NCBI RefSeq assembly: GCF_001194135.2
Contig: NC_068994.1
Span: forward strand, 13,945,719-13,979,901
Direction of reading: 5' to 3'
DNA length: 34,183 bases
DNA from: Octopus bimaculoides
Lineage: Eukaryota
Positions 10,634-23,203 of this stretch are shown one piece after another. Position numbers and translations under genes: made by a program. How positions within the stretch are numbered: position 1 is the first letter of the stretch; each line of letters starts with the position of its first letter. Below the pieces are notes generated by a model. The model ran no database searches and was not told the origin of the DNA. It worked only from the letters and a program-made list of their open reading frames with translations.

Positions 10634-11454
10634 TCTAAGCTACACCTGAAATGGAAAATTGGGAATGCTGTCACTCCTGTGGATATACTATTTTAATCCA
10701 TTGCTGCTGCAGAGAGATATTTAAAATTTCTCTTGTTTTAAATCTAGTCAAAAGGAAATAAGGCAACGCCTGTCTTTGGCAGCCTTCCCAAACTTGCGAG
10801 ATGTTCTGTTTAATCCTTTTAATACCAACCCACCCGAGATCGCCCCCTGGTTCTGAAACACAAACTTTCTGTTTTAAATCTTACTCTCAAGTACAGTTAT
10901 CTGTGTTTCAAATCCTGGTTCATAGAAGGATTTGGCCAAAAGAGACTAAAAACAGGTAGGTATGTTTAGAATGTAATGACATTTACAAAGCCTTCTGTGT
11001 GCATACGTGACTGTGAANNNNNNNNNNGATCATATCCTGTGCCGCCCGTTTGTGTACCTAGTGATGAGGCACGTTTTCAAGTGGTTCATGAATGAGTGTC
11101 TACTGCAGATTAGAGCGGTTTGTGACATTAAGAGTTAATAGATCTTAGGTTATGTTGTGGTGATGATTTCAAAGAATGAATGCTATATATGATTACCACT
11201 GATTAGAACCTTTAAGAACTTTGTAATAAGAGAGCAACAACAAAAAGAGAAAAAAAGGTTATGTGTAGTCTATGCATTTTTTCCCCTTATTGCTCAAATT
11301 GAAATCTAAATTTCTAATCCCACCAAGTTGTATGCAGAAATGATTATCTCCCTTGCATTAACTGTCCACTAAAGAATACAATACGTTTAAATTAAAATCA
11401 TTTATCAAAATTTCATGTTCACTTATGCTCCAAACACTTATATATATATATGTT

Positions 11455-11592
11455 TCCATCTATCAAATTCCCTCACAAGGCTTTGGTCAGCTCTAGGCTG
11501 TAGTAGAAGACACTTGTCGAAGGTGTCATGTAGTAGGACTGAACCCAGAAACCATCTGGTTGAGAAGCACACTTCTTACCACACAACCATAT
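11455..11592 (-). mobile_element. SINE family 1 copy
   Basis: CAAATTCCCTCACAAGGCTTTGGTCAG...TAGAAGACACTTG...GGACTGAACCCAGAAACC is the reverse complement of the family 1 head and body. Confidence 0.75.
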
Positions 11593-11638
11593 GTATACAC
11601 GCCCGTGTGTATGTATATATATATATACACACACACAC

Positions 11639-12165
11639 AATGCCTGAGACAAGGTTTATAATTATAGTGGTGGGAAGTGAGTTTCAAGCTCTTATGGATG
11701 TATACGGATTCCTCATTAGACTTTCTGTAGTAGTAGTTCTTAGCCCTGTTCAGGTCTAGGGTTATGTCCAAGAAATTGACCGTTGTCAGGTTGCTGGTAA
11801 CTGTTACGCACAGGCTGAATTCCTTAAATATTCTTATTAAGTCCTTCCTGAACTTGTCCATGTGGCTTGAGATTTCCTGGCTGTTGTCTCCACAGAGGGC
11901 CAACCTATGTGGGTGTGTGCTTCTCTTGAGGGTGTCCAAGATGAATAACCCGACAAGGTGGGCAATTTCAACCTTCTTGTAGCCCTCCATAGGAACATTG
12001 TATTGTGAATCACCTTCTTTCTCCACCCAGAAGGAATCATCATGGACCAGGATTGACTTTGACATTCACGATGATTCTCACATCAAGATGCTCATGAATT
12101 GTACTGGTGAATTGCTCAGTACCTTCAGGAGGGGAGGGTCTTTCATATAGAAAGGTACAGCTAAC
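11639..12165 (-). mobile_element. Penelope-like retroelement RT fragment (copy 1)
   Basis: Translation includes VEIAHLVGLFILDTL, KDLIRIFKEFSL, NLTTVNFLDITLDL and YRKSNEESVYIH, a decayed match to the PLE RT pattern ELVGLYLL...VNFLDVTL...YRKPN. Confidence 0.8.
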
Positions 12166-12169
12166 CTAT

Positions 12170-12820
12170 TCTTGATACCATCAACTCCGACATCAGAAGG
12201 GCCATGAGGCTGACTCAATGGGATTCCAGTAAAGCTGTGATTGACTGGTTCCATAGTATCGAGGATAAATCAGCCTGCAGATTCACCCAATTTAACATCA
12301 TAGACTTCTACCCTTCTATATCAAAGACACTACCCCCACCCCCCAAAGACCTTAAGTTTTGCTGAACAATTCACCAGCATAAGAGATCTTGATGAATGCC
12401 AGAAAGTTAATCCTTGTCCACGATTCCTTCTGGTTGAAGAAAGGTGATCCACTGCTCGATGTCTCTATGGGGAGCTACAAGAGGACTGAGATTGGCAACC
12501 TCATCAGGTAATTCATCTTGGACACCCTCAAGAGAAGCACACATCCATATAGGTCAGTCCTCTATAGGGACGACAGCCTGGTAATCTCAAGCCATATGAA
12601 CAACCATGTCATGGACAAGTCCAGGAAGGACTTAATAAAAATATTCAAGGAATTCAGCCTGTCCATAACGATTACTGCTAACCTGAGCATGGGTAAGTAC
12701 TACCCCTACAGAAAGTCTAATGAGGAAACTGTATATATCCACAAGCTCAAAACCCTGCTATAGTTAGAAACCTTGTCTCAGGCATTAGCAGATGAATATC
12801 CAAGCTCTTGGCCAACAAAT
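12170..12820 (+). mobile_element. Penelope-like retroelement RT fragment (copy 2)
   Basis: Reads INSDIRRAMRLTQWDSSKAVIDWFHSIEDKSACRFTQFNIIDFYPSISK, then LYRDDSL, KDLIKIFKEFSL and YPYRKSNEETVYIH. Homologous to copy 1 in the opposite orientation. Confidence 0.82.
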
Positions 12821-13207
12821 TATATATATATTTATATATATGAAGAGAGAGAGAGAGAGAGAGATAACCAAGCTATTCTAATAAGAATTCACACAATTCA
12901 AAAATTCAGTTTAACATTTTTATTAAAACATTTTCATTGTAAATGTTTATAAAATTAGTCACAGACAGCTGTGACTTCTTCCATGCATGTCAAAATTGAT
13001 TCAACAATAACAAGGAATATATAGGGAGGGGGAGTTAAGTTTTGTTGTAAGCATCCGTATACTAAAAAAAACACTGAATATGGAGTGTGTTGGAAAAGAC
13101 AGTAGGTAAAGTTTCACTATGGGAGCATAAGAGTATGTAAAGGAATTTTTGAGTAGTGCTGTAGTATGGGCAGATCCACACTAAAGCACCAAATGTGTGA
13201 CTGTACA

Positions 13208-13258
<51 letters not shown>

Positions 13259-13314
13259 TTTTGTTGTTTACACCACCTGTCCTCGTCTGGTGTTGTTTTT
13301 TTTCGTACATTCTC

Positions 13315-13355
<41 letters not shown>

Positions 13356-14131
13356 ACAGTCATTTTGTAGAAAGCCTGACGATGGCTTAACTGGCTGAGA
13401 CTTTGAAATCAATGTCATCAGCATTATTGTTTAAGAGTATTTCATCAGATTAATGTAAAATTGTGTTTATCATAACTGAACATAAAAAACGTGTATGTAT
13501 GTATGTATGTATGTATGTCATATGCATCAGAGAAAGCTTCAGTAGAGAAGTGTTATCTATGTGCGTACAAGTGCCTTGTAGTAGAGATCCATCCACCATG
13601 ATGGCACTACACTAAAACAGCATGTATGTGTGTGTGTGTGTGTGTGTGTAATGATATGTATGAGTACATGCACGCTTATGTATATTAGAAAGTTTCAATA
13701 GAAGAATTTTAAGTTTGTATAAATATATGTAAATGTGCTTTGTAATAGTGCTCCGGCATAGAACCACATTAGAGAACCATGGGTATATTTGTATATAAAA
13801 ATGTGTGTGTGTGTGTGTGTGTTTGTGTCTGTTTAGAAAATTACAGACCTCCCTGGAAAGATGAGATATTTTCTGGTGGATGCAGCTGAAGAAAGTCTGG
13901 TTGTTCTATCAGCAGTGACAGCTTAGTAGGACAAGACATCTTGTTAACAAGGTGGACATCCTTGCTCTTGGTCTTCAGGGATGAAATAATTGATTAATGC
14001 ATTAGTTTTAAAAGTTCATGACGACAGATCCAGCTGACATTGCATAGAGTTCACGGTCAAGGAAAACATTACTTTTCATTTTGGGATTTGGTTTGCAAGA
14101 TTTTTTATGTGATTTCGTGTGTTGAAGCATA

Positions 14132-14350
14132 TTCTGTTGTGTCTGGAGAGAGTCATTTTCTTATTGTGCTTTAAAATTTAACACACTCACCGTTAAAATT
14201 TCCACTTGTTATTTTTATTTTCCTAAAATTTTCGTTGCATCTTGCAACCTTTTCAATAGGAAAATAAAAATAATAAGTGGAAATTTTAACGGTGAGTGTG
14301 TTCAATTTTAAGGCACGATAAGAAAATGACTCTCCCCAGACACAACAGAA
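14132..14350. repeat. Fold-back MITE-like element with 94-bp inverted arms
   Basis: 14132-14225 vs the reverse complement of 14257-14350 shows 5 mismatches in 94 nt, with a 31-nt spacer. Confidence 0.9.
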
Positions 14351-15616
14351 AACATTACTGTTCTTGTCTCAAGAAATCCTAGCTGATAAATNNNNNNNNN
14401 NNNNNNNNNNNNNNNNNNNNNNNNNNNNNNNNNNNNNNNNNNNNNNNNNNNNNNNNNNNNNNNNNNNNNNNNNNNNNNNNNNNNNNNNNNNNNNNNNNNN
14501 NNNNNNNNNNNNNNNNNNNNNNNNNNNNNNNNNNNNNNNNNNNNNNNNNNNNNNNNNNNNNNNNNNNNNNNNNNNNNNNNNNNNNNNNNNNNNNNNNNNN
14601 NNNNNNNNNNNNNNNNNNNNNNNNNNNNNNNNNNNNNNNNNNNNNNNNNNNNNNNNNNNNNNNNNNNNNNNNNNNNNNNNNNNNNNNNNNNNNNNNNNNN
14701 NNNNNNNNNNNNNNNNNNNNNNNNNNNNNNNNNNNNNNNNNNNNNNNNNNNNNNNNNNNNNNNNNNNNNNNNNNNNNNNNNNNNNNNNNNNNNNNNNNNN
14801 NNNNNNNNNNNNNNNNNNNNNNNNNNNNNNNNNNNNNNNNNNNNNNNNNNNNNNNNNNNNNNNNNNNNNNNNNNNNNNNNNNNNNNNNNNNNNNNNNNNN
14901 NNNNNNNNNNNNNNNNNNNNNNNNNNNNNNNNNNNNNNNNNNNNNNNNNNNNNNNNNNNNNNNNNNNNNNNNNNNNNNNNNNNNNNNNNNNNNNNNNNNN
15001 NNNNNNNNNNNNNNNNNNNNNNNNNNNNNNNNNNNNNNNNNNNNNNNNNNNNNNNNNNNNNNNNNNNNNNNNNNNNNNNNNNNNNNNNNNNNNNNNNNNN
15101 NNNNNNNNNNNNNNNNNNNNNNNNNNNNNNNNNNNNNNNNNNNNNNNNNNNNNNNNNNNNNNNNNNNNNNNNNNNNNNNNNNNNNNNNNNNNNNNNNNNN
15201 NNNNNNNNNNNNNNNNNNNNNNNNNNNNNNNNNNNNNNNNNNNNNNNNNNNNNNNNNNNNNNNNNNNNNNNNNNNNNNNNNNNNNNNNNNNNNNNNNNNN
15301 NNNNCTATCATATGGAACAAAAGATGTAAAAATGTTTGAGATGAAAAAAAAAAAAGAATGTTTACAAAAATGAAAATAACAAAGTAAAAGAAAATAAAAA
15401 TGTACACAGCATAAGAGATTCTTTTTCAATGTTAATAGATGTGTGTGATCAAGTAACAATAAGATGACCACAACCTGGTTTTGACATTTTGATTTACTTC
15501 ACCTGCATCATATATATATATATATATATATGTTTGTACATGTTCCTGTTAGGTGATGAAACATGTGTAATGGTATATAAATAATATCAAACTTTTCTTC
15601 AATTTGTATTTCTATA

Positions 15617-15822
15617 TGAAGGGGTGCTGAAAAGTTCCTGGCTTTAAGGGTATTGTAAAAGGCCTGATTGAGGACATAATCCTCTGAGTTCTTTTACAGG
15701 GCTTAAAAACACTGAAGGGCCACTGCAATAAGTGTATGAATCTGAGAGGGGAATATATTTAGTTAACTGATCTCCCTGTATTTTCTTTTACCTAAAACCA
15801 GGAACTTCTCAGCACCCCCATG
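15617..15822 (+). mobile_element. Mariner-type deletion derivative (MITE)
   Basis: TIRs GGGGTGCTGAAAAGTTCCTGG and CCAGGAACTTCTCAGCACCCCC, with TA on both sides (15615-16, 15823-24). Internal remnant reads like the mariner C-terminus (LKGHCNKCMNLRGEY). Confidence 0.8.
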
Positions 15823-16005
15823 TATATGTGTATNNNNNNNNNNNNNNNNNNNNNNNNNNNNNNNNNNNNNNNNNNNNNNNNNNNNNNNNNNNNNNNNNNN
15901 NNNNNNNNNNNNNNNNNNNNNNNNNNNNNNNNNNNNNNNNNNNNNNNNNNNNNNNNNNNNNNNNNNNNNNNNNNNNNNNNNNNNNNNNNNNNNNNNNNNN
16001 NNNNN

Positions 16006-16283
16006 TTTTCTCTCAAGATACTTACACTCTGACGGGTATTCACATTGACATTACACATCCAACGGAGCATACTGGCTTCATTCCTTGCGAGCTTACGTAT
16101 GTCCTCAGCAGTTACAGCCCATGTTTCACTGCCATGTAGCATGGTTGTTCGTACGCATGCGTCATACAGTCTGCCTTTTACTCTGAGTGAGAGTCCCTTT
16201 GTCGCCAGCAGGGGTAAGAGCTCTCTAAACTTTGCCCAGGCTATTCTTATTCTAGCAGCTACACTTTCAGCGCTTACTCCGGT
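16006..16283 (-). mobile_element. RTE-clade LINE fragment (post-RT region)
   Basis: ESVAARIRIAWAKFRELLPLL...RLYDACVRTTMLHGSETWAV...NEASMLRWMC, a typical RTE C-terminal segment. Cut by an N gap. Confidence 0.9.
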
Positions 16284-16840
16284 ATATATATCTATATATA
16301 TATATATAGATATAAGACACTCCATTACATGTCTCATTACCTAAATGGAACATATACATACATATATATATGCAAAAATATATTATGAGTTTGCTGAATT
16401 GATTAGTTCAATTTGCATAAACAGAGCTAACTTGGCAATTTATTCAAATTTGGTCATTAATTATGCATTTATACAGCATTCATTCTCTACTATAATTATA
16501 GCATAATTGAAGCTAAGCCTTTTTTCCCAAAACACATCACAGCCATCACTGTATAGTGACAATTGCAAATAAATGTCTCTGTATTTCTCCCTGTGTATAG
16601 AATAAATCACCAACAAGCATTATATTTTGAATGTCAAGCTTATCAGTTATCTGTTATTTTTGATTTGTTTCACTCATTGGACTATGGCCATGCTAAGGGT
16701 ACAGCCCTTAACTAAATTACAGTAGATAGGTTGTGTTTTTGTAAGTCTGGTAACTATTATATTTTGTTGAACTGCTACGTTACTGAGGCACGAACAAACC
16801 AACACTGATTGTCAAGCATACATAAATATAGATGTGTGTG

Positions 16841-16871
<31 letters not shown>

Positions 16872-17105
16872 AACAAATAGTAAATGAGTATATGCATATA
16901 TACGTACAGGTATGTGCGTACCAACATCCACCTGTATGTATAGGTGCATATCTGGGTACAGGACATTGCAAACAAAACGTAGACGAGAAAAGCATACATA
17001 TATACATATACGCATACATACATATATATATCATCAGTGGATCATATATCCGAAAAAAAAGCACACTCTAAAGGATAGAGCAGTAATGTATTTACATGCA
17101 GTTAA

Positions 17106-17259
17106 ATATGTCCAGTCTTAGAGTGACCAATGGTTTTCCGTCCATAAAATGCTTAACTTTACAGATGACCCATCAGACTGTAATGGCAGAGACAAGTGGT
17201 CTATAAAGCTAAGTGATTTATGGATGCAAAACCATTGGTCACTCTATGACTGGACATCT
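17106..17259. repeat. Fold-back MITE-like element with ~60-bp imperfect inverted arms
   Basis: ATGTCCAGTCTTAGAGTGACCAATGGTTTT... pairs with ...AAAACCATTGGTCACTCTATGACTGGACAT. Confidence 0.8.
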
Positions 17260-17324
17260 ATTTAATAATTCTCTGAATCCATATATTACACTACAAATCT
17301 ATACACAGACACGTATATATATTC

Positions 17325-17625
17325 ATTTACTTGTTTCAGTCATCTGACTGTAGCCATGCTGGAGCACCGCCTTAAAGGGTGTTAGTCGAAGAAATTGACC
17401 CCAGGACTTATTCTTCGTGAGCCTAGTACTTATTCTATCGGTCTCTTTTGCCAAACCACTAAGTTACAGGGACATAAACACAGACACATAAATATATACA
17501 TATGTATAATGGGATTCTTCCAGATTCCATCTACCAAATCCACTCACAAGGCTTTGGTCAGCCCGAGGCTATAGAAGACACTCGCCCAATGTGCCACACA
17601 GTGGGACTGAACCCAGAACCATGTG
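17325..17625 (-). mobile_element. SINE family 1, near full-length copy
   Basis: Has the tail TTTACTTGTTTCAGTCA...CCATGCTGGAGCACCGCC, the body AGTACTTATTCTATCGGTCTCTTTTGCC, and the head fragment GGGACTGAACCCAGAACC. Confidence 0.8.
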
Positions 17626-18052
17626 TGTATATACACACACATATATATACATGCATACCTATATATAGTATGTGTTGACATCAATCATAAGTTCGCTATC
17701 AATGGTATGTTGTGTGAACAAGAGCTTTACAAAAATTTCAGGAAATGTTACAATGTTTAAATAATTAATTTGATAATATGAATGAAGAAAATTATTCCAT
17801 GAGTATAATTACAGACATGATTTAGGCGATATCTAGAATCCGGGGGAAATATTTTTAAACAATGGGCTGATCTCTGTGTGACTGCAAATATTACTTTTTG
17901 TTGTTTTTGTTTTTACATTGTTTATGGACAACAGAATCCTTGGCAAATTTTTGACAATAAGGTTCAACGAGAAGGGAACAGTACCATTTTTATTTATATC
18001 TTCATTTTTGCTGATGTTTACATCCTTTCCTTCACAGATACACATAAGTGAT

Positions 18053-18093
<41 letters not shown>

Positions 18094-18409
18094 GTTCATC
18101 TATATCAACCAACTGCTGATTTTCACTTAGCATATAATGTTAGTGGATGCCTGCTACTGATGAAGCTCAGAGAAGCAGAAATCTGGATTTAGCAATGTAC
18201 CTGCTGAGTATTTTCCATCTGTTGCCGATATATTTCTTTGTTTTTTTTTTAACACTTTATATCTATAAGAGATGCTTCTGTCTTGAGATGAGTATTTTAG
18301 TTTAGAATGCTTTCAACAATATAGTTTCTTAATGCATCATAAACAGATTGCTGATTTAAAGAAACAATTTCCATCACGGATAATGAATGAATGTATATTA
18401 TACAGATAT

Positions 18410-18700
18410 ATCATCATCATTGTTTAATGTCCATCTTCCATGCATGCATGGGTAGGACGGTTGACAGGAGGCGGCTAAGTTGAAAACTACCCCAAGCTAC
18501 TGTGTCTGTTTTGGCAGGATTTTTACAGTTGGATGCCCTTCCTAGCACCAAGCACTCTGCAGAGTGGACTCAGTGTTTCTTATGTGACACTAGCACAGGT
18601 GAGGTTAGTTTTAGCTTGATTTTTACAGCTGGATGCCCTTCCAAATGCCAACCACTTCTAAGTGTGGACTGGATGCTTTTTACATGGCACCAGCACTGGC
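18410..18700 (-). mobile_element. SINE/LINE-tail family 4 copy
   Basis: (CAT)n followed by GTTTAATGTCCATCTTCCATGC, with a duplicated TTTTACAGxTGGATGCCCTTCC block. Confidence 0.7.
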
Positions 18701-20091
18701 AAGGAATTTTGAGAAGGGCAGGGGGCATAACAGACTTCTGTAGTTTCTCTCAACAAAACTATCACATCAAAGGCATTGATCAACCTGGTGCTATGATAGA
18801 AAACATGTCATTAAAGTGCTACACTAGAGGATTGAACTTGGAACTATGCAGTTGCACCTACTGTATCTGAAATGTTAATTCTCTTAAAACTTAAAAACAA
18901 ACATACACGAGTTTCAGTAAAGAAATAGACACTGCTTAAGAGATTTGAGCCAAGAATTTAATCAACTTTAGATGTAGTTTATCACTAGGTCAGCCTTGAT
19001 CTAGTAGGCTTATGATCAAATCCATTCCTGTTGTGATCATCCCATACTTTTCCTTGTCATGGTCCATTTGACCACATTATTCCATGTGTGATTATTCTTA
19101 AGATGGTAAGGCATGATTTTGAGGGAGATCTCTTCAAGCAATTTCAGAGAGGTTCCCGCTTGGGTTCATAATTATCCTTAATTATACTGGTTGAGAAGAC
19201 AAAAAGATAATAATTAGTACAATTGCATTATCTTTCTGACTGGCAATTTTAAAAAGTTCCGGAGAAGACAACAAATAAGCACACTTAATAAATTCCTTGC
19301 TCAAAAAAAAAAAAGAAATATCATTCAATGCCTGGATTTTAAGAACAATCTAATTAATAACGATGGCTGTAAAAATTTTTTAAAAAATACAATGTAATGA
19401 AATAATTTCATGTTGATCTGTCAACGAAATGTGACTCTAGGCAATTCAGAGTTGTCTCCCGTTCACATTTTGTCAACATTTTGTTTTTAACCAGTTTTGC
19501 CAATATAACCAATATAACTAATCATCACTTGGATGGTATTCTATATGAATATTTCCAAATGCACGATTAAGCAATGTTTATTTAGCAATTGGCCCACTAA
19601 CACTAGAGCAATTTATGGAAAAATCGTACTGTAGTTCCACAAGGTGAAGATGTGTCCGGAGTTGTCTTCCTTGTTTGTCAAAAGTAATAGAAGTGAGCCA
19701 TTAACTAATAATTATTGTTTTGTGTACTGCAGCCTTTGTTTTTTAACGCTTAGATCATTAAATATGCTCTTGCTTTATAACAGGGGTTCTCAACCACATT
19801 TATTTTTCTATCAAAGGACCCCTTTCATTACTATCTTATTCTGGTGTACCTCCATAGCCATTCAATGTTTAAAAACTAGTTTTATAGATAATTCTTTAAA
19901 AATTCTTTTGTTTTTCACACATTCTCTTGTGTAGGAGTGGAATATCACTATCTCAGAGAACAGGTTTCAGTGACCATAAATATTTTGAACCCTACTGAAG
20001 TCACACAAGGGCCAGATGACAATGGTAAACCAGAGGATGAATTAAGTCTATCATCTGAGGATAGAAACAGCCTCTTCCAGTAGGCTTCCAC

Positions 20092-20235
20092 ACTGTTTCT
20101 GCTGACCAAATTTCATTCACAAGACTTTGGTCAGCTCACAACTGTGGTAGAAGACTTTTGTTTAATTTGCTGTGCAGTGAAATCGAACTTAGAACCATGT
20201 GGTTGCAAAGCAAACTTCTTAACTACATAACCATG
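20092..20235 (-). mobile_element. SINE family 1 copy
   Basis: ACCAAATTTCATTCACAAGACTTTGGTCAG...AGAACCATGTGGTTGCAAAGCAAACTTCTTAAC. Confidence 0.7.
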
Positions 20236-21094
20236 CTAGTGTTTAAGTAATAAAAAGTAATTCTCTCGTGTTGAATGTACTTATAATTCAGGCAATTCTT
20301 TTGGTATCTCAATATTGTGCCATCTTAGCCAAGAAATTGAATTTTCACACATTCCATGGTACTAATTATTCTTCAACTTACTCCATACAATACAATATAT
20401 CAACCATTCATATTTCTAATCTAATAAAAAGTTTACCAAATTATAAACAATTTTTGATGATTGCATATATCCTTCAGCTCTATGATATGAGAACATGCTG
20501 GGATGGTTTCAAGTTTTCCTAATACCTTTTAGCAAATGGATTTGAACTCAGCAACACAGGCCAATAAAACACGAGTTAATCATACTCCACTGACAGAATC
20601 TTTAAATCATCAGAGAAAAATGCTTCATAGTATTCTATTATGGCCCTTACATTCAAATCCCATCAAATCCACTTTGCTTTCCCTTCAGGGTCAATAAAAA
20701 CAAGTAACAATTGAGGACTGTGAATCAACTCCCTCAGTTATTCCCTCCCCTACGTTTGTGGCCTTGGACTTATGTAATAAATCAATTATGCTCTGCTGTT
20801 ATTTCGCAGTGATACCCATGATACCTATTTAAAAAGCCATGTGGACTGCTTAGTGCCAACAACAAATGGACACTGTGCAGTGCTGATGACAAGATACACA
20901 TTTTCAATTATTTTGATCACAAAGTCTGTTGCTGTATTGATTGATGGTAGTGACCAGTAACTCTAGTTACAAGCAAATACTGCTGGCTATCCTATCAGCA
21001 TCCTGATGTAAATACTATACAAAGTGTCTCATGTCCCTCTCTTTCTCTTTCGGAGAGAGGCACAAGCACATACACAGACATATACACACACGGC

Positions 21095-21222
21095 AGTAAC
21101 TTCTGCCTACCAAATTCAATCACAAAGCTTCGGTCGGCTCGGGACTATAGCAGAAGACACTTGCCCAAGGTGCCACACGGTGGGACTGAACCCGAAACCA
21201 TGCAGCTGGGAAGCAAGCTTAC
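21095..21222 (-). mobile_element. SINE family 1 copy
   Basis: TACCAAATTCAATCACAAAGCTTCGGTCGGCTCGGGACTATAGCAGAAGACACTTGCCCAAGGTGCCACAC...GGGAAGCAAGCTT. Confidence 0.8.
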
Positions 21223-21554
21223 TAATTGAAATTCAAACCCCCTAATTCCAGCCAACCAGCCAACCTAGTTGTTTATCGTCACATCTCTAACTTTGCTTTC
21301 TCATCTGAATAGTCAGGCTAAATCAAACAGTTGATATTTTAAATAGAATAGTATTTGGAAAAGGAAGGTGGGGAGTGTTTGCTTTGTAAAACGTTTGTTA
21401 TCACTTTCAAGTTGGTTTTTCAATACACTGTGACACAGGAGAAATACAGAATAACATACATTGATCATGATTTCTCCATTTTCTCTCTGTCACACACACA
21501 ATTGTCATTAAAAAATTGGAGTATAATATACACTATTCAGTATTTGCATTTCAC

Positions 21555-21769
21555 CAGTACATATATACACATATACATACACACACACACACAAATATAT
21601 ATATCACAGACACAACAATCCAACAGTAAATAAAACTTAAACTTCATAGAACCAATACCCCAACAATGTATATGTGTGTATATATACACACATACAAATG
21701 CCCTAATATCCCACTATATGCATACAGGTGGCTGTGTGTGTGTGTGTGTGTGTGTGTGTATACACACAT

Positions 21770-21803
<34 letters not shown>

Positions 21804-21984
21804 TATATAAAATACAACGCACATACATATACACATATTTTTCACTAATGTATGTGTATAAATGTTCTTCAATAGGGAAAAAGAAATCCAGATTTTTGTA
21901 TATTTATGCATATACCTTGTGTGTGTGTGTGTGTGTACGCGCACACATGTCTAATATCACTTCAAGTTAAAAATGTTAGTATTT

Positions 21985-22026
<42 letters not shown>

Positions 22027-22351
22027 AACACACAGAGATACACACACGTATATATATATATATGCACACACATGCCCACCACCACTACCTTTTTCACCAC
22101 CAAAATCCCATCAATGCCACCAAATGATCCCTCCCCACCCATTTCCACACTATTATTATTTTGTCTCCAACAACATCAGTGGAATCACCTAAGAGAGGTA
22201 GAGAGGTGAAGGTCACCAATATTCTAATAGTAGTAGTAGTAGTAATAATTATAGTACTAGTAGTAGTGGTAGTAGTAGATAAAGCTCCTTTTAATAGTTG
22301 CTTTTGTTGTTGCCGATATTTGACAATTGTAGTAGTAGCTAATGCATAAAC

Positions 22352-22384
<33 letters not shown>

Positions 22385-22498
22385 TGCTGGTGTTGTTATT
22401 GCTTGCAGCTGCTGCGCTTCTGTTGGGGTGTATTTGCAGCAACTACTGCATAAATAGAGGTAGCAGTGGTGAGTTGTTGGAGGTGGTGATGATGATGA
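21555..22498. repeat. Compound microsatellite block: (TA)n/(CA)n/(TG)n, then (TAG)n/(TTG)n/(GAT)n, running into an N gap
   Basis: Directly visible. It generates the spurious low-complexity ORFs in the track. Confidence 0.9.
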
Positions 22499-23203
22499 NN
22501 NNNNNNNNNNNNNNNNNNNNNNNNNNNNNNNNNNNNNNNNNNNNNNNNNNNNNNNNNNNNNNNNNNNNNNNNNNNNNNNNNNNNNNNNNNNNNNNNNNNN
22601 NNNNNNNNNNNNNNNNNNNNNNNNNNNNNNNNNNNNNNNNNNNNNNNNNNNNNNNNNNNNNNNNNNNNNNNNNNNNNNNNNNNNNNNNNNNNNNNNNNNN
22701 NNNNNNNNNNNNNNNNNNNNNNNNNNNNNNNNNNNNNNNNNNNNNNNNNNNNNNNNNNNNNNNNNNNNNNNNNNNNNNNNNNNNNNNNNNNNNNNNNNNN
22801 NNNNNNNNNNNNNNNNNNNNNNNNNNNNNNNNNNNNNNNNNNNNNNNNNNNNNNNNNNNNNNNNNNNNNNNNNNNNNNNNNNNNNNNNNNNNNNNNNNNN
22901 NNNNNNNNNNNNNNNNNNNNNNNNNNNNNNNNNNNNNNNNNNNNNNNNNNNNNNNNNNNNNNNNNNNNNNNNNNNNNNNNNNNNNNNNNNNNNNNNNNNN
23001 NNNNNNNNNNNNNNNNNNNNNNNNNNNNNNNNNNNNNNNNNNNNNNNNNNNNNNNNNNNNNNNNNNNNNNNNNNNNNNNNNNNNNNNNNNNNNNNNNNNN
23101 NNNNNNNNNNNNNNNNNNNNNNNNNNNNNNNNNNNNNNNNNNNNNNNNNNNNNNNNNNNNNNNNNNNNNNNNNNNNNNNNNNNNNNTTTGTTAGGCATGT
23201 TGT

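Noticed and set aside
11061-11202. GTGATGA...CTGA pattern suggesting a C/D box snoRNA
   Set aside because: No terminal stem and no recognisable rRNA/snRNA antisense element; such short motifs are expected by chance.
13062-13424. ORFs with IYIYIY, CVCVCV, HTHTHT or poly-I/T/V runs (many across the window)
   Set aside because: Translations of (TA)n, (TG)n and trinucleotide microsatellites with no coding signature.
17833-18099. 88-aa - strand ORF (…EGKDVNISKNED…)
   Set aside because: Starts in a (TG)n microsatellite, has no convincing acceptor and no recognisable homology.
21313-21427. Candidate NTPDase terminal exon (VLKNQLESDNKRFTKQTLPTFLFQILFYLKYQLFDLA)
   Set aside because: Good acceptor, but the hydrophobic stretch is too short for a clear TM helix, there is no similarity to ENTPD4/7 C-termini, and it converts the conserved LPLR to LPLS. 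Not called as CDS.
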